64,000 nt of DNA from a virus, in the IMG/VR virus record IMGVR_UViG_3300007513_000007, positions 64,001 through 128,000 of that record; one strand, 5' to 3'. Positions 44,442 through 55,400 of this stretch are shown here, piece by piece (position 1 is the first letter of the stretch; each line of letters opens with the position of its first letter). The notes under the pieces are model-generated. The model searched no databases, had not been told where the DNA came from, and saw only the letters and a program-made list of their open reading frames with translations. The position numbers were made by a program, and so were the translations under genes.

Positions 44442-44461
44442 AGGAGGAAGGAGACAGTAAA

Positions 44462-44974
44462 ATGCCTACACCGACAACCATTGGACAAGCTACACGGGCC
44501 TACCATGCGGGACAGCCTTTCCTCATCCGTCTGGAGTACCGAGGATCTAACCACAAGAACGAGTGTGGATACTCTTCCAAGTGGTGGACCCTGGAGTATG
44601 ACCCGAAGCGAGGGTCGATACACGAGGTCTACTGCAACTGGGGCGCTACCGGAACAACTGGACGAGCAAACCCGGTCGTGTACGACTTCGAGAAGGCGTC
44701 AAAGAAGTTTGACGAGAAGATGTACAAGAAGGGCTACACCTACTGCTCCTCTACTAATGGCGGTGCCTACAACCTCAAGAGCGCGGCTCCTGTGAAGGAG
44801 AAGCTGGCTTCCATGCCTTTCCCCTTCAACGCCATTCACTCCATCCATTCGCAGGGGGATGGTTATGTCGCGATGGACGAGAACGGTGCCCTTCTGATGT
44901 CTCTGCTGCCAAACGTGGCGCAAGAGCTTATCGGTATGAGCGAAGACCTCCGTACTCGCAGCCCTTGGGCTTGA
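44462..44974 (+). CDS. WGR-domain protein
   Basis: RLEY..SSKWWTL..VYCNWGATGTTG...ASKKFDEKMYKKGY. Confidence 0.75.
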   Translation: MPTPTTIGQATRAYHAGQPFLIRLEYRGSNHKNECGYSSKWWTLEYDPKRGSIHEVYCNWGATGTTGRANPVVYDFEKASKKFDEKMYKKGYTYCSSTNGGAYNLKSAAPVKEKLASMPFPFNAIHSIHSQGDGYVAMDENGALLMSLLPNVAQELIGMSEDLRTRSPWA

Positions 44975-44978
44975 GAGC

Positions 44979-47900
44979 CTACGGGCAGGGATCGTCGCTG
45001 GCAGGATCAATGTTCGGGTAGGGGGCAAGTTCAATGTTCGCGTCTTCAGCACCCTTGGTGTGACCGCTTACCATCGGATACCCCTCCAGCCGATAACGAT
45101 CCGCAGCCGAGTAGCCCTTACCGTACCCGGTGGGGCTAATCTGCCCAGCCAAGAGATAGTCTGTGCCTTCCTCAAGAGGCCCGCGTCCGTAGATTGCTGT
45201 GGTAGCAACCACCATCTGAACCTCATCCCCATAAGAGGTAGTCTCATTAGTGGAGAAGGCTGTTTCCTTGTAGTTCCGAACCAGGAAGGCACGACCAACC
45301 AAAGCAGCACCCTTCAGGACAGGGGCATCTTCCGTGCTCCACCCTCCAAAACTCCACTCCACCGGCCCTCCGGGGAGCTTGTCGAGGTTGTATAGGGAGC
45401 CGCCGCCCCGGTACAAACGGAACTGCCTGACGCCCGCTGGAGCGTCATAAGAGTAGGCGAGGTACTGCTCAACGGCCCCGTCCACCATTCCAATAGAAGC
45501 GCCAGCTTCGCCCAGCAGTCTCCGATACTCCCCCTCTTGTCCGAGAGGTGACGTCACCGTGGGTGCGAAGTCAGAGACCGTTGCTTTGCTGTCGAAAGGC
45601 ATCCCGACACGCAACGGGTCTTCCCCAACAAAGTCCGAGTCTTGGACCAGGATTCCAAGAGGCAGTCGTTCTGTCATTCCCGCTACGTTCACAGGTGTAG
45701 GACTACCGATGCTCGCCGCGCCGTTCATCGGGATGTCCGGTGCCCATAGAGTGAGCCGGTTCAGGTTCGTCAAGTTGTTGGGAACCGAGCCGAAACCACC
45801 TATTCCACCTCTCCAGCCCAGTATTCCGGGAGACGGCAGCCACTTATCAATCCGGCCACCGAGGACGGCGTGTTGCGAACCACCTGCGGTCCTGTCGGTG
45901 TTCAACTCCACCACAATATCCTGGCCCGCCGAACCCCCATCAAGGGACGTAAGCCATACTTTGTTGTCCCCCGTGTAAGTGGGCATCACCCGCAAGCCTC
46001 TAATCAGACGTTGGTTCTGGCTTCCACTGATCATCAGCGTATACAGGGCGAGTGCGGAGGCAGTGGCATCTGCACCAACAGTCAGGACGGCGCTTCCCCA
46101 TTCATAGGTGACTGCCACCTCACCCCTTCGGATGGTGATCGTCTCGTTACCGTCGGCAGTTGAAAGCAAGCTGTTGGTGACGACGCTGTAGCCTACCCCA
46201 CCCTGGTTCGCCCAAGAGGGTTGTCCTTCAGTGAAGGCGCGTGCAGCAACCTGATACTGGGGTGCCGTGGCCGATGCCGGGATCCGGCCTCCCGAATCAT
46301 TCAGGTAGCCGACATCCGTGATGGTTCCCGGAAAAACAGAACCCCCGATTTTTCCGGTTCCCAGCGTAGTGTAAAAGTCACACGCGGCAAGGATTTCCAG
46401 AGAGCGTGGGTTGGGCTTCTCGGGGATCTGGGTGTACCCGTGGGCATTGTCATACTGTTGAATAGCTGCGTGGATTTCGTAGGCATTAGCCACCGAAACC
46501 TGCCCGTACCGGGTCGAGTAGTCAGTAAGTCCAGGACTCCGAACAGAGAGGCCCTTGGTCATGTAGGGGTCGCCCTGGTACACAGACCTTCGATACGCGA
46601 TGTAGGTCTGTGTGTCGTTTGGAGCGGCTGCGGGGATCACCATCTCACAGTCAGTCAAGTTCCCAAGCGCCGTGGGGTCGTTTCCTTCACCGTTGTGGAT
46701 ACGCACAGCAACATAGTTGTTGTCGTCAATGAACCCGGTGCCGAACCCAAAGCAGGTGAACTGAACAAGGAAGTCGAAATCATCCCAGTCTTCACCGTCC
46801 GTGTAGTGGGCAGACCGGCGAATATCGATCACGTCTTCTGGGATCATGTAGGTATGAGAGCCAGAATCACCGGTAACATCTTCACCGCCGCTGCGGTTGA
46901 TGTAGAGGGTCTGCTTGTCTGCACCTGTCCGAAGCAGGTTGGGGATATGGCCTGTCACTGGGGTTACCCGGTCAGCCTCCCATGCCCCAATACCATCCCA
47001 GTCCCGCATGTCGTAAACGCCGTAAACACGGGCGATGCCGAGGTATGGGGGAAGCTCAACACCCCGGAGTCCTCGGGGAGTGTCCGTCGAGATGACGTTT
47101 ACATCCTCTCGGCAGCGACCCTGGTAGCAAGTGCCAGCGCCACCGGAGATGGCTCCGTACTGGCCGTACTCCAAGCCTGTAGTAGCCGGATCTCCAGTCT
47201 GACAGTACATGAATCCAACGCCTGCGACCCCGCCGTTGTCCGTGCCACCGATGACATTGAATACCTGGGAGGAGTCAGAGGTGTTGTCGTGGAAGAGGTG
47301 GTTCACACCTTCCAAAAAGGAACCCGTCCCGGCACCGCTTGTGTCTTGGTAGAAGGGGATGTCCTGACGACCAAAGCGAGGCATGTACTGCGGAGGCAAG
47401 GAATATCCCCAAGTACGGGACCCCTGAAAGAGACCTGCGCCGTCAATGCTTGATCCCGCCCCTGGCCCGAGGGCGTAGGTTGCCGGGTACAAGGCCGTGC
47501 TTGCGCTCAAATCATAGAGGGGGAGGGTCATGCCCTTGTGCTGGAAGGGACGGAAAAGAACCGTCTTCGACCCAGGATCAACGAATAGCTCTGATTCACG
47601 GGACTCTTGTGAGAGGTGGATCCTTCCACCGCCGTAAGATTCCGCGTAGGGGGCGCTCATGCCCTTGCTGTCCAACCGATTCCAGGTCTGGAGCAACTCG
47701 GTCGGGTAGTAGGATTCCGCTACCGAAACGACGCCCGCCTCCGAATAGAACACAGGGTCAATCGAGGTGGGTGCCTGCCGAAGCAGGCTGGATCCAGGCT
47801 GGATCACGGCAAAGGCATCAATGCCCTCGTTTGCAACCCGCGCTGTGCCACCCCGACCGGGGGAGTAGGAAAGCGTGAGGCTAACGAGGAAATCCCCACT

Positions 47901-50456
47901 GATGGGCTGGGCAATGGGGTTGGCCCCCAGATTTGACGAGTTCCAGGGGTTCGCTTGGCCTGCGAAATCCCCGTCAATATCAGTGAATACAATGCAAGCC
48001 GCAGCCTGCCCTGTAACCGCGCCTGTACCGTCCTCCGCGCTTGTCATCCAAGAGCGTGCTTCAGCGGACACGTTGTTTTCCGCAATCATGGCTGGGGGAA
48101 AGGTCCCTTCCACCTTCGCCACCACCATCCGATCACTGGCCGACGCCAAGAAGGGAGTGTATGCCGCAGTCTGGCCCGCCCCGAGCACTCGCCAGCACCC
48201 GTTGTTAGATGCGTTGGAGCACCCGGTCACCACCAAAAATACCTCGGTACTTATTCCCGAACGGTCTTGCCCGTTATTGGTCAGCAACCCAAAGAGGGTG
48301 TTCTTGCCGTGGTAGAGAGGATGGGTGAGGAGGGCGGGGTCGTTACGGAAAGCCCCCGCAGTGTTCTTGGAGTACCAGTCTCCAGCGAGATCGAAATCCA
48401 GTCCGGTAAAGACGATTTCATCGTAGCCTCCGACAGAGGTGCCTGGGGACAAGTCAGCCGTCGTTACCTGAAGCTCCAGGTCAAGGAGTCCCCCCAAGAA
48501 AATAAAAGGGTACTGGAAATCAGTGATGGACAGAGGGTACTGCGGCCCAGGCTTCAGTGTGGCACTCTCCCCCGGAGTAGGGGTGGCCGTCGCCTGCTGG
48601 TCCAGGTACTGCACCGTCACAGGGGCCTGCAACCCTTCCTTGCCCCTCATTGAAGGCGGTCGGCCCTGAAGCAACGCCATCTCCCTGGGGTTCACGAACC
48701 GCACAGCCCGTTCTGTTCCTGCACGCATCGAACCCCGCGCACCACTGGTGCCGTCGTTGCCTCCGATAAACAAGAAGATGGAGTCGCCGTTGCTGATGCC
48801 AGCGGCATCGGTTTGTTGCCCAGAAGCCGAGAAATCAGCGGCAACGTCCCACGCATGAGAGCTTGCCCAAGAGGTAACGGGGGCAGCGCCGCCCTGGTCC
48901 GCAAGGAGAAGCGTCACGTCTGCCTGCATAACTGCTGCGTCCGAGAAGCCGGTCCTGATACCATCAGGCCCGTCCAGAGCAACGGTCTGTGCTGGAACCG
49001 TGGAGGAGCCATCGTTCCAAAGGGTGTCCACCTCAACGACCACGGTGCCTTCGTCATCATTGACTGCACCCTGCTTCCAGGTCGAATGAAGCTCACCCTG
49101 AAGCAGCTTGCTCAAGTTGTGGGCGAGAAGCTGGTCGTAGTCCCATTCCGAAGGGGTAACGCCTCGGCGCATGTCCAGGATGTCGGCATTGATGATCTGA
49201 TCCGAGAAAAGACCATCGGGGCGGGAGTTGAAGAAGGTAAGAGGAGTGCCAGCCAGATGAACGGTGTCCTGCGTTCCCCAGCGACCCCGGCCTTGGTCAG
49301 TCGTTCCCGAAGACCCGTTGTTGATTGTCATGGTGCCGGTTGCTACATCCATCGTCGTGACATGGACGATTTCATCGCCAAGTTTCACGAAGACATGGTC
49401 CCAGGAGAGGTCGGAGTTGTCCCACCCCGAACCGGCCAGCCCTGTAAGAGCCACTGATCCAGTAACCCCAGCGGCGAGGCTGTCTGTAAGGGAGACCTGG
49501 GTAAAGGTCTTCTCTGCTTCAGCAGCCTCCGTCAGCGAAACCGAGAAGGGGTTCCGGTTGAGAGCACCGTTCTGGTTTGCGGCAGTAGACCCATTGAGGG
49601 CAGCCACGAAGTTATCGCTGTTCCTGCGGAATACCGAACAGATGGGGATGGCATAGCTGTACCCATCTACTGTTTTGAGGTCATTGGTCGGGTCGCCGTT
49701 CCCTGCACGCCACAGTCCAGGATCCCCAAGCGCATCACGCATGTTGGTCCAACCCAGCCCCGTCACGGGAGTGGTTGCTGCGCCCTGCGCGAGCACGTTG
49801 GTGTCATCAAGACCGTCAGGCCAAGTAGCAAGATCAATGCTTTGTCCTGCACCGTCACCGCTACCGAAAACCCTGATTCGGTACTGAACCTGGAGCCTTT
49901 CAGTAGTCTCGAACCCAATCGTCGGATCTTCGATGTCATCGGGTTCGTTGGTTCCACCGAACATGGTGTTCCCGTACTTCCAGATGAAGGCTGCGCTGGG
50001 CTTGTTCTCTGTCGAGGGGTTGGGGGCCACCTGGGCCAACCACACCTCAAGAAAAACGAAGTCGATGCGGGTATCGGAGGCCGGGGGCGGCCACAAGTTG
50101 AGCTTGTTGCTGGGGTGAGCATCCGTATTGGAAGTCCCGGTAACGGGGATGACCCATCCGTTCACGTTCGCCCAGAGGATCGGGGACGTTTCGCTGGGTG
50201 CTTCGTTGCCAAACAACAGCCAGTTCGACCAATCAGGGTCAGTGACGTAGTCAGCAGACGCCCTCACAGGGTCCAAAAGCCACCCGGAGTGCATCTTTGC
50301 CCGGTTCTCGGTGGCGGCTCTTTCCCAGTCCACCTGGGCCATCAAGTTGAGTTCTGAATCAAGGGGCGGCTTGCTCGCCTGCCACACAACCACCTGAAAC
50401 TGACGATTAGACGCCGAGAGCGTGCGGCTTACGCCATTTCCGAAGTCCTGTGCCAT
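44979..50456 (-). CDS. Giant virion structural protein (baseplate/tail, 1825 aa)
   Basis: VVWQASKPPLDSELN N-terminus; G/T/D/S-rich; paralog of 58464-61853. Confidence 0.75.
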   Translation of the reverse strand: MAQDFGNGVSRTLSASNRQFQVVVWQASKPPLDSELNLMAQVDWERAATENRAKMHSGWLLDPVRASADYVTDPDWSNWLLFGNEAPSETSPILWANVNGWVIPVTGTSNTDAHPSNKLNLWPPPASDTRIDFVFLEVWLAQVAPNPSTENKPSAAFIWKYGNTMFGGTNEPDDIEDPTIGFETTERLQVQYRIRVFGSGDGAGQSIDLATWPDGLDDTNVLAQGAATTPVTGLGWTNMRDALGDPGLWRAGNGDPTNDLKTVDGYSYAIPICSVFRRNSDNFVAALNGSTAANQNGALNRNPFSVSLTEAAEAEKTFTQVSLTDSLAAGVTGSVALTGLAGSGWDNSDLSWDHVFVKLGDEIVHVTTMDVATGTMTINNGSSGTTDQGRGRWGTQDTVHLAGTPLTFFNSRPDGLFSDQIINADILDMRRGVTPSEWDYDQLLAHNLSKLLQGELHSTWKQGAVNDDEGTVVVEVDTLWNDGSSTVPAQTVALDGPDGIRTGFSDAAVMQADVTLLLADQGGAAPVTSWASSHAWDVAADFSASGQQTDAAGISNGDSIFLFIGGNDGTSGARGSMRAGTERAVRFVNPREMALLQGRPPSMRGKEGLQAPVTVQYLDQQATATPTPGESATLKPGPQYPLSITDFQYPFIFLGGLLDLELQVTTADLSPGTSVGGYDEIVFTGLDFDLAGDWYSKNTAGAFRNDPALLTHPLYHGKNTLFGLLTNNGQDRSGISTEVFLVVTGCSNASNNGCWRVLGAGQTAAYTPFLASASDRMVVAKVEGTFPPAMIAENNVSAEARSWMTSAEDGTGAVTGQAAACIVFTDIDGDFAGQANPWNSSNLGANPIAQPISGDFLVSLTLSYSPGRGGTARVANEGIDAFAVIQPGSSLLRQAPTSIDPVFYSEAGVVSVAESYYPTELLQTWNRLDSKGMSAPYAESYGGGRIHLSQESRESELFVDPGSKTVLFRPFQHKGMTLPLYDLSASTALYPATYALGPGAGSSIDGAGLFQGSRTWGYSLPPQYMPRFGRQDIPFYQDTSGAGTGSFLEGVNHLFHDNTSDSSQVFNVIGGTDNGGVAGVGFMYCQTGDPATTGLEYGQYGAISGGAGTCYQGRCREDVNVISTDTPRGLRGVELPPYLGIARVYGVYDMRDWDGIGAWEADRVTPVTGHIPNLLRTGADKQTLYINRSGGEDVTGDSGSHTYMIPEDVIDIRRSAHYTDGEDWDDFDFLVQFTCFGFGTGFIDDNNYVAVRIHNGEGNDPTALGNLTDCEMVIPAAAPNDTQTYIAYRRSVYQGDPYMTKGLSVRSPGLTDYSTRYGQVSVANAYEIHAAIQQYDNAHGYTQIPEKPNPRSLEILAACDFYTTLGTGKIGGSVFPGTITDVGYLNDSGGRIPASATAPQYQVAARAFTEGQPSWANQGGVGYSVVTNSLLSTADGNETITIRRGEVAVTYEWGSAVLTVGADATASALALYTLMISGSQNQRLIRGLRVMPTYTGDNKVWLTSLDGGSAGQDIVVELNTDRTAGGSQHAVLGGRIDKWLPSPGILGWRGGIGGFGSVPNNLTNLNRLTLWAPDIPMNGAASIGSPTPVNVAGMTERLPLGILVQDSDFVGEDPLRVGMPFDSKATVSDFAPTVTSPLGQEGEYRRLLGEAGASIGMVDGAVEQYLAYSYDAPAGVRQFRLYRGGGSLYNLDKLPGGPVEWSFGGWSTEDAPVLKGAALVGRAFLVRNYKETAFSTNETTSYGDEVQMVVATTAIYGRGPLEEGTDYLLAGQISPTGYGKGYSAADRYRLEGYPMVSGHTKGAEDANIELAPYPNIDPASDDPCP

Positions 50457-50518
50457 GTTCGTACATTCTCCGATGAAAGCAAGGTGGGGTCACGCCCTAC
50501 CCTACCCCCGCGAACGAT

Positions 50519-50534
50519 ATAGAAAGGCGACCGG
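50519..50534 (-). promoter_or_regulatory. Class B (late-like) motif
   Basis: CCGGT-CGCCTTT-CTAT. Confidence 0.6.
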
Positions 50535-50537
50535 GCA

Positions 50538-50711
50538 TCACTGATTAGATAGCGCCCGAAGTTTTACCTTGGCCTTGGCCTTGGCTTTTTCTGAAGCAGA
50601 GGGGTTGCGAAGGATGGCGCTGAAGTATTTTTGCCTTCCCGCCGCCCACTTGGATGACTGCTCCCGGTTCAAATCCTTGGCCCTGATGATATGTCGAGGT
50701 TCGTCACTCAT
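50538..50711 (-). CDS. Small basic protein (57 aa)
   Basis: MSDEPRHIIRAKDL...KAKAKAKVKLRALSNQ. Confidence 0.55.
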   Translation of the reverse strand: MSDEPRHIIRAKDLNREQSSKWAAGRQKYFSAILRNPSASEKAKAKAKVKLRALSNQ

Positions 50712-50714
50712 GGC

Positions 50715-51506
50715 TTACCCGCTTACCCAGGAATCCACGAAGAGGACGCAGAACCCTAAAAGGACATACTCATTTCTGGGGTGGTTGTTGAGAAAGCACA
50801 CCCGAAGGTTTGCTCCCAGGTTTACAAGATCCGTAGGCTCCAAGTATCCGGCCTGATACCAAGTAGCCCCGTCATCGTTACTCAAATAGGCATCCACCAA
50901 GGCTTCAGCAGGAGTAACGTGTCGAAGAAACCGATAACCGGGCTGATTCCCAAGGTTGACGGTGGAGGATCCGTAGCCTCGGGCTACATCCTCCTGTCGC
51001 GCAACTTCAGCTACCGCGTACCACACCATTCCCTCATCAGTTCCTGCGGGGTCGGTTGTCACGGCTGAAATGTCGATGGTGTCTGTGACGAGAAGCCCCT
51101 TACGGCCTCCAGCAGCACTGTTCCTCTTGAGGAGGGTCACACACCCAGGTGCGTTCCCGCTGGGCGCTCCTACGCCTCTCCCCACCATGCAACGAGGGCC
51201 TGATGCCCCAGCCACAGCCGGAACGGGAGCGCCTGGAGCCAAGTCCAAGGCTACGATGTCAGCCGCTTCAATCAAGAAGTTGTAGTGGATGAACTCATAC
51301 ATCGGATACCGAACCAGCAACTCTTGTGCAGAAAGCCCAGAAAGACCGGCCCCTTGCGGGAGGATCTGGGAGCTTTCAGTGATGCTGACGGCGGCACCGT
51401 CTGGAATAGGAAACGGATAATGGCCGCTCATGTTCGTGTACTCCCCTTGGGGAGTAGCACTCGCTCTCACGATCCGATTGGTCGCCAAATCTACAATAGC
51501 CCTCAT
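50715..51506 (-). CDS. Putative virion structural protein
   Basis: In tail operon, ATGA-coupled. Confidence 0.65.
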   Translation of the reverse strand: MRAIVDLATNRIVRASATPQGEYTNMSGHYPFPIPDGAAVSITESSQILPQGAGLSGLSAQELLVRYPMYEFIHYNFLIEAADIVALDLAPGAPVPAVAGASGPRCMVGRGVGAPSGNAPGCVTLLKRNSAAGGRKGLLVTDTIDISAVTTDPAGTDEGMVWYAVAEVARQEDVARGYGSSTVNLGNQPGYRFLRHVTPAEALVDAYLSNDDGATWYQAGYLEPTDLVNLGANLRVCFLNNHPRNEYVLLGFCVLFVDSWVSG

Positions 51507-52471
51507 TGGTTACCCTTCTTGATGAAGACCTTGGGCGACAACTCTTTCGTGCGGAGAGGAGCCTTCAAGTCGGTTGCAATAGTCTTGGTTGCGACAGCGG
51601 TTACCACCCCTTTCGAGTTGAAGGTAAGCCCCTCTACCGTTGTGGGGACAGCTTGTTCCTCCTTGGCCGCCTTGCGGATCTTGTCGGTCGCCGCCTTACG
51701 GTTGTACTTTCCGTTGTTGATGTAGGTGAGGTGGCCGTAAAGCTCGGGCAACGGGATGTTCTGTGCATGGCCGTCTGCTGTGTAAAGCAAGACGTCCATC
51801 TTGGCCTCGTCTGCCGCGCTCGGGTTCTTCAACTGATCCGGGGTGATGAAAGCCCTGGCACCAGAACCCGCCAACCCTCTGTAAGAGGCTGTGAGATTCG
51901 TATAGTTGCTCGCAAGGCGTCCAAGATGCTGGGGAAGCAACGCATCAATGCGGTTTTTGTTGCCCACAATGCAGAACCCAAAAGGGCACTTGAGAAAGAC
52001 GAGTTCCATCAAGAGCTTGTCTTCTCTCTCGTCGCTATCCCATAGAGCATGGCGGCACGAAACCACAAAGTCCCAGTTTTCCTCGGTTCCCTTGAGGAAC
52101 TCCCAGGTGTTGCCGACCTGAAACACGGGGGAGTTGTTGAACCCCATGCCCCCGGCAAGTGCTTGGGCGCTCTGCACCTGGGGAATGGCAATGTCGATGC
52201 CGCAGTAGGTGATGTCTGGACGAACAGCCGCGATTCGCGAGGCCAGCAACCCTGACCCGCACCCAAGCTCCAAAACCCTGGTAGCTCCCGCAGGAATCTG
52301 GGCGGCGATCTCATCGAAGACCGTCGTGATTTCCCCTTCGGACCACCACCCTGAATCAGTTTTCGGCATCCAACCGTTGCGGACCATGTAGTTGGCAGGC
52401 TCTTTGAGGGCAGCCGAGGAAGACGCCGCAAGGGCGTCCACGATTCTTACGCGGCGTGAAAGTTCAGACAT
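51503..52471 (-). CDS. Class I SAM-dependent methyltransferase
   Basis: RVLELGCGSG, YCGIDIA, FQVGN, WDFVVS. Confidence 0.85.
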   Translation of the reverse strand: MSELSRRVRIVDALAASSSAALKEPANYMVRNGWMPKTDSGWWSEGEITTVFDEIAAQIPAGATRVLELGCGSGLLASRIAAVRPDITYCGIDIAIPQVQSAQALAGGMGFNNSPVFQVGNTWEFLKGTEENWDFVVSCRHALWDSDEREDKLLMELVFLKCPFGFCIVGNKNRIDALLPQHLGRLASNYTNLTASYRGLAGSGARAFITPDQLKNPSAADEAKMDVLLYTADGHAQNIPLPELYGHLTYINNGKYNRKAATDKIRKAAKEEQAVPTTVEGLTFNSKGVVTAVATKTIATDLKAPLRTKELSPKVFIKKGNQ

Positions 52472-52489
52472 GGGAAACCTCTACTTGCA

Positions 52490-55400
52490 TCATCCGTTCA
52501 CGTTACCGATGTTCTTGTTGGTGGCATGGCTCCAAGTCAAACCACCATCGAAGTTGTCAGTGGAGGCTGCCATGTCGGTATTGAGGTTGCTGTTGATGAC
52601 AGACGCCGTGAAGTTGGTGTTGAACATGTCTGTCACAACCGCACGGGTTGCCTGATAGTTGACGCAGGAGTTCCCTGTGATGTTCCAGAACTTGAGTTCC
52701 CCTGGCTCCAGAGAAGAAGCAAGCACCAAGCCGTTCCGACCTGCATCCTTGCTCTGGTTGCGAAGACTATTATCAGCGATGGTAAACACGTTCATCGCAG
52801 TGGGGCCGAACATCCCCTCAATGACAAGATCCCCGACGGCACTGATGTCACCACTTCCCGTAGTGGCCGTATTCCCAGCCGTGCTCTCGATACTGTTGCC
52901 GATGAACTGAAACTCTCGTACCGCCGTAGTAGCAAGGCCGGGGCCGACAGCGATGCCCCACTGACCATGACCTCGAACACGGTTATTGTTGAAGCCCCAC
53001 TGAGTCACCTGACCAAGACACACCGCATAAATGCCGACTGTTCCTTGGGCGGTGTCAGGCAGCGGGTTGAGGAAAAGGATCTGGTTACGGCTCACGTCCC
53101 AGAAGTTGCATAGGAAGTTGTCACCACCCCCTCCTGTAACCAAGTCCACCCCCGTGAAATCATTAGTGGGTTCGTGGGTGATCTGGTTGTCACAGACGGA
53201 GAAGTTCCTGAAAATCTGATTCCCGGCCTCCCAGGCAATACCCTTCACCCCTCGATACTGTACGTTGTGAATGGCGTTTCCATCCACCTTCAACCCCACC
53301 CAGTCCACCATGTAGTCCTGAAGAAAGCCTCGGTTCCCCAACCGGATGCCATGCTCGGTGTCGATGATGGAGTTCGTGCAGACGCTTACATTGGTGAAGT
53401 AAGCACCCCCGCTGCTGTTGTCGTGCTGGATATGGACGCCGCCAATGCTTTGGTTTTCAACGGTGTTTCCTTGGATAAGGTTCCCGTCTACCTTGCAGCC
53501 TTCCAACACGTTGAGGGCGTCTGCAACGAAGTTGATCTGACCGTTATCGCTGATACTCACCTTCACAGTAGCATTGGTGCTGATGTTGTTGTCGCAGAGC
53601 GATGCGTTGTACATCGCTCCATACGCATCAACGCGGATTCCTTCATAGGTGTTCTGTCTGACGCTGTTGCCGTCAATGTTGACCAGCGTGCTGGTATCCG
53701 GTGTGAGCAGCCGGATACCGTAACCGAGAGACTGACCCTCCACCTTGTTGATCTGATTCCCCACAACACTGATCTGCGAGATTTGGGACCATGCGTCCAA
53801 GTTCAACACAATCCCAGGCGCGTCGAAGTCGTTACCTCCAACCTGAACCAAGTTGTTGGCGACCCGGACATTCTTGAGAAGGTCCAGTGTCCCGCTTGAC
53901 CCGCTGATCTTGAGTCCACTACAGCTACCGGACCCTCTCGTCCCGCACCGGAGAATGGTGTTTTCAGAGATGTTCCACCCCTGGTCCTTTCCGGCAGTGC
54001 CGCCCTCGGACCCAACCCACAACTCGATACCGGCCTGCCCAGCACCCGTGATGGTGTTGCCTGTCATGTTCAGGTTCTTCCAGGAGTTGCCCTGGGTATG
54101 CTTGAGGTAAATCCCAACAGGGAAGTATTGGGCTGCGGCATCCCCCTCACCCAGTTCCGTTAGGGTGTTGTCGGAAATCGTTACGCCGTTCCCTCCAATA
54201 TCCAAGTAAATCCCGTGACACCCCCTCACCAACTCGTTCCCACGAATGTTGTTGTTAGAGATAGAAGCCCCTTGAAGGCTCGTCAGGTACTGGCCGCCGC
54301 TGGTCGTGCCGATAATCGTGATTGCCAGGAAGGGGTTGACGTTGAACAAGCTGCCTGGGTTGACGTCCCCGACACTGCTGATGATGTTGCCGTCCACTTT
54401 GAGGTTCTTCACAACCTGGACGTTCCCGGTCACACCGTTAGTGAAGTTGCAGTAGATGGCGTGTACGTCATTGATGGGGCGAATCTCGTTGTTCGAGATT
54501 GAAACCCCATCGACATCACCCGCGACACCGTTGAAGTCCACGTCAAAGCTGATTTCGCCGTTCTGGCAGTCGTTGTTTTCAATGACAATGTCTTCGATGT
54601 CGATGCCGCCGCTCGCAGCCGCCTTATGCTCAATCTCAATCTCAATCGCGTGGCCGTTGTCGTCGGTGACGTTGTAGGTCGAGATGAGGCGGTTCCGACA
54701 GATCGACCAGTTAGAGATCGGGTTTGTGTTGGTTTCGTGCCGAAGGCTGAAGGTTCCACCGTCACCCACGCCGCCCCCGCCAGGGGAAGCCGACCTGCCT
54801 CCGAAAGCAGTGTTGTCCTCGATGGTGAGCCTATCGACTGCCACCCCTCGCGTCGTGGCTTGGATCGGCCAGAAGCCTGACGGAATATACGGGAGGTTCC
54901 CGCCTCGAAACATCCAAAGGCGGTTGTTTACGATAGAAATGTCTTGGGCGTCGAGAGCGATCCAAGTAGCTGGGGTAGCGCCGAGGTTTTGCTGGGTCCA
55001 GTAGATGCCCCAAGTGTTCGTCGCAATATCGTTGCCCGCGATAGCGATGTTCTGCATTTTGCTTTCGGGGTACGTCAGGAGGATGCCGGTGTGCAGCCAC
55101 AACGGTTGTGAGAGGTCTCCGTTGTCCCCACCGATTCGGTTGTCCTTGATCTGCACGCCTGTCAGAATGGGTCGATCCGACCCGGCAACAGCCGCCTGAA
55201 GATGGACCCCCACGCCTCCCTGGTTTGCCAGGGCACCCGTAACTTCCGGGATGATGTTGTTGCAGATCGACACTTCTCGCATGGTTGTGTCACCCGTGGG
55301 GTGCATCCAAATCCCGTGGTTGTAAGCCTTGTCGAGAATGTTCCCGTCAATCTTGACGCCTCGAACATTTGCTTCTTCAGCCACTGCCACGCAGATTCCT

